A stretch of DNA of 64,000 nt from NCBI GenBank assembly GCA_934276635.1, contig CAKQTH010000001.1, positions 72,098 to 136,097 on the forward strand, written 5' to 3'. Shown here in pieces: positions 28,773 through 41,055 of this stretch; positions within the stretch are counted from its first letter, which is position 1; every line of letters begins with the position of its first letter. Under the pieces are notes generated by a model, which did not search any database, was not told the DNA's origin, and saw nothing but the letters and a program-made list of their open reading frames with translations. The stretch is from an uncultured Alphaproteobacteria bacterium (GTDB taxonomy: Bacteria; Pseudomonadota; Alphaproteobacteria; RF32; CAG-239). The translations under genes were made by a program, and so were the position numbers.

Positions 28773-30746
28773 ATGGCAGTTTACGACAAAAAAGACTATG
28801 AACAAATGTCGTCCGCAATCAGATTTTTGGCTGCGGATATGATAGAAAAAGCAAATTCCGGTCACCCCGGAATGCCTCTCGGAATGGCAGATGTTGCCAC
28901 GGTTTTATTCTCCGAATTTTTAAAATTTAATCCAAAAGACGGCGCATGGTTTGACCGCGACAGGTTTGTGCTGTCTGCCGGGCACGGTTCCGCTTTGCTC
29001 TATTCGCTGTTTTATCTTTGCGGATATGAGGGTGTTGAAATTGAAGACTTGCAACATTTCCGCCAACTCGGTTCAAAGACTGCCGGACACCCCGAGATTG
29101 AAAAAATATGCGGCATAGATATGACAACCGGACCATTGGGACAGGGAATTTCTTCTGCGGTCGGAATGGCGATTGCCGAGCGCAAACTCAATGCAAAATT
29201 CGGTGACAAACTTTGCAACCACTATACATATGTTATGGCCGGCGACGGCTGCCTGATGGAAGGAATCTCTGAAGAAGCCGCAGCATTGGCCGGACACTTG
29301 AAACTAAACAAGCTGATTGTTTTTTGGGACAATAACGACATTACGATTGACGGACATGTCAGCGCGGTCAGCTCGTTTAATCAAGTTGACAGGTTTAAGG
29401 TTCTGGGCTGGAATACGATTGAAATCAGCGGACAGGATTATCGGCAGATTGCAGATGCAATAAAACAGGCGCAAAATTCCGATAAACCAACGCTTGTGGC
29501 CTGCAAAACCACAATCGGATTCGGCGCGCCGACAAAATGCGGAACATCAAAATGCCACGGCTCGCCGCTCGGTGCCGAAGAGCTTGCGGCAATGCGCAAA
29601 AATCTGCATTGGAAATATGCTCCGTTCGAAATTCCGGCGGATATTCTTGAAAAGTGGCGCAATGTTGCATCGCGCAGCAAAAATGCCTATGATGAATGGA
29701 AAGCATCGGCAAAAGCCGCAGGCAAAGAATTTGCAGATTATATTTCAAACAAACTGCCGAAAAATTGGGAAAACGGCTTGAACGAGCTGAAACGACAGGC
29801 GATTGAGGAAAATATGAAAATCGCAACCCGCAAAGCCTCAAATTTGTGCATTGAAAAAATTGTGCCGGCGGTTCCGCAAATTGTCGGCGGCTCTGCGGAT
29901 TTGGCCGCGTCTAATCTGACCTTTGTCAAAGATATGAGCAATATAACCGCGCAAAATTACGGCGGCGACAATATTATGTACGGTATTCGCGAACACGCAA
30001 TGGGCGCGATTATGAATGGTATGGCTCTTCATGGCGGGATTATTCCGTTTGGCGGCACATTCTTTGTGTTCTCTGACTATCTGCGCCCGTCAATTCGGTT
30101 GGCGGCATTGATGAAACTCGGCACAATTTATGTCTTTACGCACGATTCTATCGGTGTAGGAGAAGACGGGCCTACGCATCAGCCGATAGAACATTTAGCC
30201 TCATACCGTGCAATGCCGGATGTGAGAGTTTTTCGCCCGTGTGATGTTGTAGAAACGGCGGAAGCATGGCAGATTGCGCTTGAAAACAGGCATTGTCCGG
30301 CGTTGCTCGTGTTGTCGAGACAGGGGCTGCCGACATTACGCAAAGATATTGCCGAAAATTTGAGCGCAAAAGGCGGATATATTATTTCGCCGGAGCACAA
30401 AACCCGTCAGGCAACGATTATTGCCACCGGTTCGGAAGTCTCGCTTGCGGTAGAGGCGCAAAAATCGCTGCGGCAGGAAGGGATTGATGTTGCGGTCGTA
30501 TCAATGCCGTGCACGGAATTGTTCGATGAGCAGCCTGTTGAATATCAGGAAAAAGTTTTGGGCACGGCTCCGCGGATAGCGGTTGAGGCTGCATCAAAAT
30601 TCGGCTGGGAAAAATATGTGGGGCTCGACGGCGATATCATAGGAATGGACGGTTTTGGAGCATCTGGAAAAGCCGAGGAACTCTATGATTATTTCGGCAT
30701 AAACTTAAAAGAAGTGATCGACAGCGTAAAAAATTTGATTAAATAA
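28773..30746 (+). CDS. tkt: transketolase
   Basis: 657 aa; TPP-binding SGHPGMPLG, MAGDGCLMEG, GEDGPTHQ motifs. Confidence 0.92.
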   Translation: MAVYDKKDYEQMSSAIRFLAADMIEKANSGHPGMPLGMADVATVLFSEFLKFNPKDGAWFDRDRFVLSAGHGSALLYSLFYLCGYEGVEIEDLQHFRQLGSKTAGHPEIEKICGIDMTTGPLGQGISSAVGMAIAERKLNAKFGDKLCNHYTYVMAGDGCLMEGISEEAAALAGHLKLNKLIVFWDNNDITIDGHVSAVSSFNQVDRFKVLGWNTIEISGQDYRQIADAIKQAQNSDKPTLVACKTTIGFGAPTKCGTSKCHGSPLGAEELAAMRKNLHWKYAPFEIPADILEKWRNVASRSKNAYDEWKASAKAAGKEFADYISNKLPKNWENGLNELKRQAIEENMKIATRKASNLCIEKIVPAVPQIVGGSADLAASNLTFVKDMSNITAQNYGGDNIMYGIREHAMGAIMNGMALHGGIIPFGGTFFVFSDYLRPSIRLAALMKLGTIYVFTHDSIGVGEDGPTHQPIEHLASYRAMPDVRVFRPCDVVETAEAWQIALENRHCPALLVLSRQGLPTLRKDIAENLSAKGGYIISPEHKTRQATIIATGSEVSLAVEAQKSLRQEGIDVAVVSMPCTELFDEQPVEYQEKVLGTAPRIAVEAASKFGWEKYVGLDGDIIGMDGFGASGKAEELYDYFGINLKEVIDSVKNLIK

Positions 30747-30768
30747 CAGAATTAATTTTTTGTTTTTG

Positions 30769-30811
30769 AAGGCTTAATGGTGATGTGTTCATTATTGAGC
30801 CTTTTATTTTT
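30769..30811 (+). terminator. possible terminator downstream of tkt (imperfect stem, large loop)
   Basis: AAGGCTTAAT...ATTGAGCCTT then TTTATTTTT. Confidence 0.35.
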
Positions 30812-30820
30812 AAATTCTCG

Positions 30821-30849
30821 TTGCAAAAAATAAAAAATTTTGATAGCAT
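30821..30849 (+). promoter_or_regulatory. candidate sigma70-type promoter (TTGCAA-17 nt-TAGCAT)
   Basis: -35 TTGCAA 30821-30826, 17-nt spacer, -10 TAGCAT 30844-30849. Confidence 0.35.
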
Positions 30850-30855
30850 AATTGT

Positions 30856-31046
30856 GGACGGCAATAAAGCTGTCCGGGGTCTGAAAACCTCATAAAAAGC
30901 AGTCTTGGTAAGACATAAAAGTACCGACTTTCGGTGTTGACCGGAAGGTGTCGGAATAAGATAATATTCTTATCGAATACGGTACACTACACGCTTTTTA
31001 GTAGTTTTCAGCTTCCGGTCGCCTTTGATTAGGCGACATTTTTTAA
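30856..31046 (+). ncRNA. candidate structured leader RNA or small RNA (about 190 nt) ending in an intrinsic terminator 28 nt upstream of the next start codon; class unidentified
   Basis: several local hairpins (GGACGGC...GCTGTCC; GTCTT ggta AGAC; ACCGA ctt TCGGT; CCGAC...GTCGG enclosing CGGT gttg ACCG), then terminator GGTCGCC tttgatta GGCGAC + T6 at 31017-31046. Confidence 0.3.
31017..31046 (+). terminator. intrinsic terminator or attenuator hairpin
   Basis: GTCGCC tttgatta GGCGAC followed by ATTTTTT. Confidence 0.55.
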
Positions 31047-31073
31047 TCAAATTAAAAAATACGGAGGTATGAA

Positions 31074-31514
31074 ATGACTAAATTTACAAAAACATTGGTA
31101 ATTGCATTTGCTTTGGCTCTGATATCCTTCTCACAGGCTTTTGCCGGAGAGCGCCTGACGATTAATAATGCGACAAATAAAAAAATCCCAATTATAAAAG
31201 CTTTGATGGCTAACGGGCAAGATTGGTCAAATAAAAATAACCGAGTTACAGGATTAAGAGAGGCAAAAGGCATTTTGGATGCACACTATAACGATGGTGT
31301 GTTTTCAATAGATATTGATGAGCTGAAAAAACAGTTTCCTGATGTCAGCTGGAATTTGGGTGCAATGAAAAACTATCTGGTTAGCAGCGGCTATTATAGC
31401 GAATCGGATATTCAGCATGTTTCCGGTTATGTCTGCGATCGTACCTGCACACCGGCAGAGGCGGCAGAAGCTGCAAAAGACGGCAAAGATATATCTGTAA
31501 CAATCACATACTAA
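31074..31514 (+). CDS. small secreted hypothetical protein
   Basis: 146 aa; RBS GGAGG; signal peptide MTKFTKTLVIAFALALISFSQAFA; 2 Cys (CDRTC). Confidence 0.5.
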   Translation: MTKFTKTLVIAFALALISFSQAFAGERLTINNATNKKIPIIKALMANGQDWSNKNNRVTGLREAKGILDAHYNDGVFSIDIDELKKQFPDVSWNLGAMKNYLVSSGYYSESDIQHVSGYVCDRTCTPAEAAEAAKDGKDISVTITY

Positions 31515-31792
31515 AAGCTTAGTCCGCTTTTTTTTGCAATGGAGCCGACATAAATCGCACAGGTATCGCCGGCAATGTCGGCAATACCTTCCGTTGTTTC
31601 ATAAGTCTCCAAAACTTTGGCATCTTCGCTCAAAATTTTTATCTCACCGGCTTTGAGCAAAATTTCGCTCGGAGCGCGGTCAAGCAAAATCGTCAAATCT
31701 CCTCCGAATGCCGGAATGCTGACTTTTGCGACGCTTTTTTCCAAAATCTTTTTGCTTGGAGTGGAAATTTTGAGCAAGATGTTTTTTGCCAT
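31511..31792 (-). CDS. atpC: F1 ATP synthase epsilon subunit (short form, beta-sandwich domain only)
   Basis: 93 aa; MAKNILLKISTPSKKILEKSVAKVSIPAFGGDLTILLDRAP matches the epsilon N-terminal domain; directly downstream of atpD. Confidence 0.7.
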   Translation of the reverse strand: MAKNILLKISTPSKKILEKSVAKVSIPAFGGDLTILLDRAPSEILLKAGEIKILSEDAKVLETYETTEGIADIAGDTCAIYVGSIAKKSGLSF

Positions 31793-31793
31793 A

Positions 31794-34176
<2,383 letters not shown>

Positions 34177-34189
34177 TTTTTATTGTCTC

Positions 34190-35740
34190 CTATGCGGCCT
34201 CGGTTTCTTTTTTGAACTCTTTGACAAAGTTTTCATAAAATTTCATCAAATTTTCCTGCAATTCTTCAGAAATAATTTTCTTTTCGCGAATTTCTTTCAA
34301 ATATGCTGGAAAATCGGCTTTTACGGCAGAAATTGCTTCTTTTTCAAAAGCTTTTACCTCAGAAACTTTGACCTCGTCCAAAAATCCTTTTACGCCCGAA
34401 AACAGCGAGAATACAATCTCTTCGGTCGTCATCGGCTGATTTACGGGCTGTTTGAGCAACTCTGTTAGCCTTTCGCCTCTGGCCAACAATTTTTTGGTGG
34501 CGGCGTCCAGATCTGAAGAAAATTGTGCAAACGATGCAATCTCGCGATATTGCGCCAAATCAAGCTTCATCGTTCCGGCAACCTGTTTCATTGCTTTAAT
34601 TTGAGCGGCGGAACCGACTCGGCTGACCGAAATCCCGACATTAACCGCCGGTCTGACGCCTTGATAAAACAGAGATGTTTCCAAAAATATCTGTCCGTCC
34701 GTAATAGAAATTACATTGGTAGGAATATATGCCGAAACATCGCCTGCCTGTGTTTCAATCACCGGAAGCGCGGTCAAAGAACCTGAGTTGTTCGCATCGT
34801 TCATTTTTGCCGCTCTTTCAAGCAGTCTGGAGTGCAGATAGAACACATCGCCAGGATATGCCTCACGCCCAGGCGGACGACGCAAAAGCAGTGACATCTG
34901 GCGGTATGCGGTTGCCTGTTTTGACAGGTCGTCATAAAAAATAACCGCATGCATTCCGTTGTCGCGGAAATATTCGCCCATCGCACAGCCCGAATAAGGG
35001 GCAATAAACTGCATCGGCGCAGAATCCGACGCGGTTGCCGCAACAACGATTGTATATTCCATTGCGCCGTAATCTTTCAGCGTTTTTACAACCTGAGCCA
35101 CGGTCGAGCGTTTTTGCCCGATTGCAACATAAATGCAGTACAATTTTTCTTTTTCGGATTTTGCGGCATCATTAATTTTTTTCTGATTGAGTATCGTATC
35201 GATAATAATCGATGTTTTTCCAGTTTGGCGGTCGCCGATAATCAACTCGCGTTGTCCGCGTCCGATAGGAATCAAAGAATCTATGATTTTCAGGCCGGTA
35301 GCCATCGGCTCGTTTACCGACTGTCTCGGAATAATGCCCGGTGCCTTAATCTCCGAATTGCTGAATTCTTTTGCCTTGATTGCGCCGAGGCCGTCAATCG
35401 GTTCGCCCAAAGCGTCAACCACGCGTCCCAAAAGCTCTTTTCCGACCGGGACGCTCACAATTCTGTCCGTGCGCTTAACTTTGTCGCCTTCTTTGATACT
35501 TTCGTCAGAGCCAAAAATTACGACGCCGACATTGTCTTCTTCCAAATTGAGCGCCATGCCCTTAACGCCGGATTCAAACTCCACCATCTCGTTATATTGC
35601 ACCTTGTTAAGGCCGTAAACGCGGGCGATTCCGTCTCCGACGGACAGAACGCGGCCATATTCTTCAATGTCCGTTTCAAGCTGAGATCCTGCGATTTTTT
35701 CTTGAATTATGGAAGAAATTTCACTTGCGCGTACTGACAT
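34190..35740 (-). CDS. atpA: F1 ATP synthase alpha subunit
   Basis: Walker [11 protein letters not shown]; about 516 aa; between atpH and atpG. Confidence 0.95.
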   Translation of the reverse strand: MSVRASEISSIIQEKIAGSQLETDIEEYGRVLSVGDGIARVYGLNKVQYNEMVEFESGVKGMALNLEEDNVGVVIFGSDESIKEGDKVKRTDRIVSVPVGKELLGRVVDALGEPIDGLGAIKAKEFSNSEIKAPGIIPRQSVNEPMATGLKIIDSLIPIGRGQRELIIGDRQTGKTSIIIDTILNQKKINDAAKSEKEKLYCIYVAIGQKRSTVAQVVKTLKDYGAMEYTIVVAATASDSAPMQFIAPYSGCAMGEYFRDNGMHAVIFYDDLSKQATAYRQMSLLLRRPPGREAYPGDVFYLHSRLLERAAKMNDANNSGSLTALPVIETQAGDVSAYIPTNVISITDGQIFLETSLFYQGVRPAVNVGISVSRVGSAAQIKAMKQVAGTMKLDLAQYREIASFAQFSSDLDAATKKLLARGERLTELLKQPVNQPMTTEEIVFSLFSGVKGFLDEVKVSEVKAFEKEAISAVKADFPAYLKEIREKKIISEELQENLMKFYENFVKEFKKETEAA

Positions 35741-35741
35741 A

Positions 35742-36293
35742 TTATGCACCTTTCATTGCCGTTTCGATTCGGCTTAATTTTCCCTTGATTGAATCATCGA
35801 TAATATCGGATTCATAGCGGATAATCAGCCCACCGAGAATTTCGGGTTTAATCTGATATTTTATAATCACTTTTTTAGATAATAATTCTTCTAAATTTTT
35901 TTGCAAATTTTTATCTTGGGTTTTGCTCAATTCTTTTACGGATTGCACTTCTACACCCACAAACCCGTTGTTTTTCAAATACATATCGCAAAATTCCTGC
36001 AAAATTCCGGCGAGTTCAGAAAATCTGTCATTTTGAGCGACAATTTCCATCAGGCGGCAAAGTTCAGGCGCCAATTCTGATTTTTTGCAGATTTCTTTTG
36101 CGGTAGAAATTTTTTCTTCAAGGCTGATAAGCGGAGATGAAAAATATCGTGTTATGTCGCCGTCTTTTTGCAAAATTTCGAGCAATTCAGAGGTCTGAGC
36201 ATAAACCTCTTTTACCGCATCGTCTTGCGCCGCGCCTCCGAGCAGGGCTTTGGCATAAATTCTATCTATTTTGTATTTTGAAGTTTTTTGCAA
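35742..36293 (-). CDS. atpH: F1 ATP synthase delta (OSCP) subunit
   Basis: 183 aa OSCP-like; operon position upstream of atpA. Confidence 0.8.
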   Translation of the reverse strand: MQKTSKYKIDRIYAKALLGGAAQDDAVKEVYAQTSELLEILQKDGDITRYFSSPLISLEEKISTAKEICKKSELAPELCRLMEIVAQNDRFSELAGILQEFCDMYLKNNGFVGVEVQSVKELSKTQDKNLQKNLEELLSKKVIIKYQIKPEILGGLIIRYESDIIDDSIKGKLSRIETAMKGA

Positions 36294-36313
36294 TTTTTCT
36301 GTCCCTGATGTGT

Positions 36314-38491
36314 TTACATAAAACTGTACGGATTTATATCAATCTTTATTCTTACATTAGACGGAGTTTCAATCATAGACAACCATTTTTTTATAATATC
36401 CTGAATATTTATGCATTTTTCCGTTTTGAGCAGCAGTCTGTAACGATATTTTCCTCTGACCATATATAAAGGAGCAGGTGCCGGTCCCAAAGTCGTAATC
36501 ATATCGGTGTTCGGCGCGCATCGTCCGAGTAAATATGCCGTTTTTTCGGTTTTTTCAATGTTTTCTCCGGTGACAATAATGGCGGCAAGCTTGCCGAACG
36601 GCGGCATTTTCAAAATCTGTCTGGTCTTTTTTTCTATCCGGATAAATTCGTCGCGGTTATTCTCAACAAGGGCTTTTAAGACATTGTTTTCAGGGTACAC
36701 GGTCTGCATATAAACAACGCCTTTTTTGTCGCCGCGTCCGGCTCGCCCCGCAACCTGCGTCAAAAGCTGATAAGTCTGTTCGGCGGCGCGCAAATCGCTC
36801 CCCATCAAACCCAAATCAGCATCAACGACACCGACCAGCGTCAGCATCGGAAAATGATGCCCTTTGGCCAAAATCTGCGTTCCGATAATGATATCAAGCC
36901 GGCCTTGCTCCATTTGCGATATAATGTCGGAAACCTCGGCAAAGCTTGAAGTCGTATCGCTTGAAACAACGGCGATTCTGGCGTCGGGAAAGCGGTTTTT
37001 TACTTCTTCGGCAACGCGTTCAACCCCCGGCCCGCAAGCGACCAATCCTTCTTCAGAGCCGCATTCGGGGCACATTTTCGGTTTCGGCATAGAATATCCG
37101 CACTGGTGGCAAATCAGCGAATGTGTGCTTTTGTGTTCGGTGAGCCACGAGGTGCAGTGCGGGCATTGAATCCGGTGTCCGCAGTCGCGGCATATTGTCA
37201 GCGGAGCATATCCGCGGCGGTTCAAAAACAGCATACTCTGTTCGTTTTTTTGCAAATTTTGACTGATTGCCTCGACCAAAGTCGGCGCCAGCCATGAAGT
37301 CCCCCAACTGCCTTTTTGCGGCTTGTCTTTTTTCAGGTCGATAACTCTGATTTCCGGCAGTTCCGCCGCAGCAAAACGCGAAGTCAGTTTTACAATGTCA
37401 TATTTGTTTTCTTCAACATTAACAATGGTTTCCAAATCAGGCGTCGCAGTAGACAATATCAGCGGAAATTGTTCGATTTTTGCTCGAACAATCGCCATAT
37501 CGCGCCCCTGATAATTTACAACATCTTCCTGCTTAAACGAATGGTCGTGGCTTTCGTCAACCACAATAAGCCCGAGGTCTTTATAGGGCAAAAACAGCGC
37601 CGAACGAGCCCCGACAATAACTTTTGCCTCGCCGCGCACGATTGATTTGAAAGTCTGTTTTTTGTCGGCCGGCGAAAGGTTTGAATGCCAGCATGCGGGT
37701 TTTGTGCCGAAACGATGCTCAAAACGGGCAAGCCATTGAGTTGTCAGCACAATTTCAGGCACCAGTACCAAAACCTGTTTTCCGCTGTTCAGCGCGGCCG
37801 CAACCGCTTCAAAATAAACTTCGGTTTTCCCGGAACCGGTGATGCCCTCAAGCAGAGTAACGGAAAATCCGCAACCGTTTTTTGCACACAAAATATCTGC
37901 GGCGGCCTGCTGCTCGTCGGTCAATTTTACGATTGAATAATCCGCATTCGGGATTTCAAAAACTTTTTTCTTTTCCTGCAAAACAGGCTCGATTACTTTT
38001 GCATCTATCAGGGTTTTGATAACGCTTTGGCTGACACCGGCGCCTTTGGCGATTTCGGCTCTTGAATACGGCGCATATTCCAAAAGATGCATAACATGCC
38101 ATCTGGCATCAGAATTTTTGAGCTTTGCTTCGGCCAGAGTTTTTCCGGTCAGACGATACAGGCAATCGGTCGGCATATTGTCAAACATAGACTTTCCGCC
38201 GATAGCCATTTTCAGAACCAAACCGAGCGGTGCCATATTATATTGCGCAACCCATTGAATAAATTCCAAAAGTTTTTCCGACAGCGGCGGAATATCAATA
38301 ACTTCTATAATATGCTTGATTTTTATGTCGTCTATGTCAGAAGATTTGCCGTCTTTGAAAACGACGCCGATTTGCTGTTCTTTTCCCCAACCGACTCGAA
38401 CAACCGTGCCGATTTTTGTGTCTTCATCAACTTTGTAATCAAAAACACCATTCAAAGGCAGAGGAAGCAAAACACCGACAATTTTTACCAC
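36314..38491 (-). CDS. priA: primosomal protein N' (replication restart helicase PriA)
   Basis: 725 aa; Walker A GITGSGKTEVY, DEAH-like VVDESHD, zinc-binding Cys cluster CRDCGHRIQCPHC...CHQCG...CPECG. Confidence 0.9.
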   Translation of the reverse strand: MVKIVGVLLPLPLNGVFDYKVDEDTKIGTVVRVGWGKEQQIGVVFKDGKSSDIDDIKIKHIIEVIDIPPLSEKLLEFIQWVAQYNMAPLGLVLKMAIGGKSMFDNMPTDCLYRLTGKTLAEAKLKNSDARWHVMHLLEYAPYSRAEIAKGAGVSQSVIKTLIDAKVIEPVLQEKKKVFEIPNADYSIVKLTDEQQAAADILCAKNGCGFSVTLLEGITGSGKTEVYFEAVAAALNSGKQVLVLVPEIVLTTQWLARFEHRFGTKPACWHSNLSPADKKQTFKSIVRGEAKVIVGARSALFLPYKDLGLIVVDESHDHSFKQEDVVNYQGRDMAIVRAKIEQFPLILSTATPDLETIVNVEENKYDIVKLTSRFAAAELPEIRVIDLKKDKPQKGSWGTSWLAPTLVEAISQNLQKNEQSMLFLNRRGYAPLTICRDCGHRIQCPHCTSWLTEHKSTHSLICHQCGYSMPKPKMCPECGSEEGLVACGPGVERVAEEVKNRFPDARIAVVSSDTTSSFAEVSDIISQMEQGRLDIIIGTQILAKGHHFPMLTLVGVVDADLGLMGSDLRAAEQTYQLLTQVAGRAGRGDKKGVVYMQTVYPENNVLKALVENNRDEFIRIEKKTRQILKMPPFGKLAAIIVTGENIEKTEKTAYLLGRCAPNTDMITTLGPAPAPLYMVRGKYRYRLLLKTEKCINIQDIIKKWLSMIETPSNVRIKIDINPYSFM

Positions 38492-38503
38492 GGCAGACTC
38501 TGA

Positions 38504-38974
38504 CTATTTTTTTATGGGCTTTACATAGGCGATTGCAGAATGTTCATCGCAATAAGTTTGTCCGGTGCGAACTTTTTTCCCGCAAAAATGAAAATTTTCA
38601 TCGCGCGGATCGCCCAGCGGCCAGCGGCATGTGTGGCTGTCCAAATCAGTTACTCTGATAAGGTTATCGGTGCGAACCGCAGCTTTCGGAGCAGCCTTTT
38701 CAACCGAAACGGTGATTGTTTCTTCTTCAATTTCGACCGCGGGAGCTTCTTTAGCATGAGTTTCTTTTATTTTTTTAGCGCGGGCGGCAGCGGCTCTTTT
38801 AATTTCTTCTTCTTTTTTCTTAATCGGAGAAGGGCGGCCGGAAAGGCTCAGGCGATGAACTTTGCCGACGACCGAATTTTTTGAAATCCCGAGTTTTTTT
38901 GCAATCTCACTGGTAGAGAGGCCGTCCAGCCACAATTTTTTCAAATCTTCAACCATTTTATCAGTCCAAGCCAT
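38504..38974 (-). CDS. gcrA: GcrA cell-cycle regulator
   Basis: MAWTDKMVEDLKKLWLDGLSTSEIAKKLGISKNSVVGKVHRLSLSGR N-terminus and C-terminal CRWPLGDP...FHFCG...YCDEHSAIAYV; alphaproteobacteria-specific family. Confidence 0.8.
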   Translation of the reverse strand: MAWTDKMVEDLKKLWLDGLSTSEIAKKLGISKNSVVGKVHRLSLSGRPSPIKKKEEEIKRAAAARAKKIKETHAKEAPAVEIEEETITVSVEKAAPKAAVRTDNLIRVTDLDSHTCRWPLGDPRDENFHFCGKKVRTGQTYCDEHSAIAYVKPIKK

Positions 38975-39104
38975 AACTTTTCTCCATATTTGCTTTGTTT
39001 TTCCCGATATTATGGCAATATTATGCCAAAGTCCAGAAATAATTTATTTATTTTTGCAAATTTTATATTATAATTGTTAAAAATGCTTTTTTAAGGGAAG
39101 TTTT

Positions 39105-40346
39105 ATGAAAACGGCGGTATTGATATTCGGATTTTTGTTTTTTTGCGGCGATTGCTTTGCTCTTGAGCCGAAAGACTATGCAAGCTTTTTTGAAATTGAT
39201 ATGGACGAAGAGTTTCCGTCGTTTAAGGAGCTGGAACAAAAATATTTTCACGATTCGTCGGATTATGAGCCGAAATATGCATACCGCGCGGAAATAGGCA
39301 ATGTTTTTGACAAAGAATTCCGCCAAATGATAGCCTCTTACGGCAGCAGCGAAAAACGCCTGAAAAGTCCGGTAGAAGACGATTATATGGATATGATAAA
39401 TTCCGTGCCTAAAGAGATGTATCCCTATATCGGTCCTCAACTACATATTGCATACGGCGTTCCCGAAAAAATAAAAAACATGCCGGGGATAAAAGAAACC
39501 AAAAACAAGTTTCCGCAAAGGATTGCGCCGCAGCTTGCCGACATTGAAAACATTGAGTTTTTGTCGCCGCATCTGTATTTTTTGCTTATGCCTGAAATCT
39601 GGCCGGAAAACAATCTGCATGTGGAATATGTTCCGCAAAAAATCAAAACAAAAGTTAAGGCAGATATTTCGCCGAGCGTGATGGAAAAAGTTATGAAAAT
39701 TGTGCCGCCCGAAGATTTTTATCCAGACGCAAAAGAAAAAACATCGCCGCAAAGAAGCGACCTCAGGACTCTCAATCCGACCAAGGATTCGGCTTTGACA
39801 AGCGGAGATATCAAAGCTTTTGCCGCAACGCTCGACAAACTTGATAAATTTGCAAAATCGGGACAGGTTCGGCAAAAAGTTTTCAGCGCAGGAACTCTGC
39901 TTGATGCTTATGAGGCAGATAACGGAAAGGCTCTTCCTCTCAACAATTTCAAAGATTTGGTCAATCCGTGCCAAAGGCTGGTTCAAAAAATCAAAATTGC
40001 CGGATTGGAGAGCGAATTTCGCAAAATTTTGGCTGAAGACGGGTTTGAGCCGAAAGGCTGGGCTTATACCTGCGACAAAACAATCAAAGCCTATCGTAAA
40101 AGCAGAATGACAACTTTTATGATGCGCGATTTGCAAGACTATAAACACGGAGTTTATGAAGATTATATGCGTCAAACCCTGAGCCCGCGGCAGCAGGCGG
40201 CGCAGTTTGCAGCAATTCAGACCAATATAGAGATGTATGCGTCTCCGGTTGAAGATGTTCTTGAGGCGATGAAAAACGCCGAGCTTTTGCGCGAACAGTT
40301 CCGAAAGATAAACTTTATGATAGTCACTGCTCCTGTCTCGCTGTAA
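39105..40346 (+). CDS. secreted hypothetical protein
   Basis: 413 aa; RBS AAGGGAAG; signal peptide MKTAVLIFGFLFFCGDCFA; no recognisable domain. Confidence 0.5.
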   Translation: MKTAVLIFGFLFFCGDCFALEPKDYASFFEIDMDEEFPSFKELEQKYFHDSSDYEPKYAYRAEIGNVFDKEFRQMIASYGSSEKRLKSPVEDDYMDMINSVPKEMYPYIGPQLHIAYGVPEKIKNMPGIKETKNKFPQRIAPQLADIENIEFLSPHLYFLLMPEIWPENNLHVEYVPQKIKTKVKADISPSVMEKVMKIVPPEDFYPDAKEKTSPQRSDLRTLNPTKDSALTSGDIKAFAATLDKLDKFAKSGQVRQKVFSAGTLLDAYEADNGKALPLNNFKDLVNPCQRLVQKIKIAGLESEFRKILAEDGFEPKGWAYTCDKTIKAYRKSRMTTFMMRDLQDYKHGVYEDYMRQTLSPRQQAAQFAAIQTNIEMYASPVEDVLEAMKNAELLREQFRKINFMIVTAPVSL

Positions 40347-40444
40347 AAAAGTATAACTTTTTGAAAATTATGCTTGCATTTAAACGGCATAAATTATATA
40401 AACCAACTGACAATTGTTCTAAATTAACTTTATAAGGTGAAAAA

Positions 40445-40942
40445 ATGGCTCGCGTTACTGTTGAAGATTGCGTAGATAAAATTCCGAATCGCTATGAACT
40501 GCTTATGGTTGCGGCTCAACGCGCGAAAGATATTGCGGCTGGCGCTCCGCTGATGGTTGAAAGAGATAATGATAAAAATCCGGTCGTTGCCCTGCGCGAA
40601 ATTGCCGAAGACAAGGTAAATATCCACGAATTGCAGCGCTCTTTGGTTATCGGCCTGCAAAAATATGTTGAAGTTGAAGAACCTGAAGAAGAAGAGCTTG
40701 AAATTATTGCGGCAGAAAAAGAATTGTCAGGTTTGGACGATCAGTTCGACAATCTTCTGCTTGATAACGAGGCTTCCGATTCTATGCAGATTCAAGATGA
40801 AGAAACCGATTTGGATTTGGACGCCGATTCTGATGTCGATATAGATGCAGATCTTGACGATGCTGATCTGGACGATGATTTTGATGATGATATCATCGGT
40901 GATGACGACGCATCGGATTCTTTTGATGATTTTGATGAATAA
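40445..40942 (+). CDS. rpoZ: RNA polymerase omega subunit with a long poly-acidic C-terminal tail
   Basis: [35 protein letters not shown] omega core; C-terminal about 60 aa are D/E-rich ([42 protein letters not shown]). Confidence 0.85.
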   Translation: MARVTVEDCVDKIPNRYELLMVAAQRAKDIAAGAPLMVERDNDKNPVVALREIAEDKVNIHELQRSLVIGLQKYVEVEEPEEEELEIIAAEKELSGLDDQFDNLLLDNEASDSMQIQDEETDLDLDADSDVDIDADLDDADLDDDFDDDIIGDDDASDSFDDFDE

Positions 40943-40975
40943 TCTTAAGATTATATAAACATATTCTTTTATAAG

Positions 40976-41018
40976 ATTGAGGAACGATTTTAGTTGCAAA
41001 TTGTTCCTCAATTTTTTA
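40976..41018 (+). terminator. hairpin plus T-run between rpoZ and spoT (terminator or attenuator)
   Basis: ATTGAGGAAC-17 nt loop-GTTCCTCAAT then TTTTTT. Confidence 0.5.
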
Positions 41019-41055
41019 TTATATAGACCGAAACGGGACAGGAGAGGGCGAAAAT

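Noticed and set aside
30856-31016. Attempt to assign the structured leader to a known riboswitch or housekeeping RNA (TPP, SAM-II, SRP, tmRNA, RNase P, 6S)
   Set aside because: There are partial resemblances (for example CUGAAAACCUCA vs the TPP CUGAGA/ACCUGA boxes, and CCGGAAGG vs SRP domain IV). But the key conserved boxes of those classes are absent, so it is left as unclassified candidate RNA.
39441-40175. 244-aa minus-strand ORF antisense to the 413-aa secreted protein gene
   Set aside because: The plus-strand ORF is longer and has an RBS and a clear signal peptide. The minus ORF has no supporting signals.
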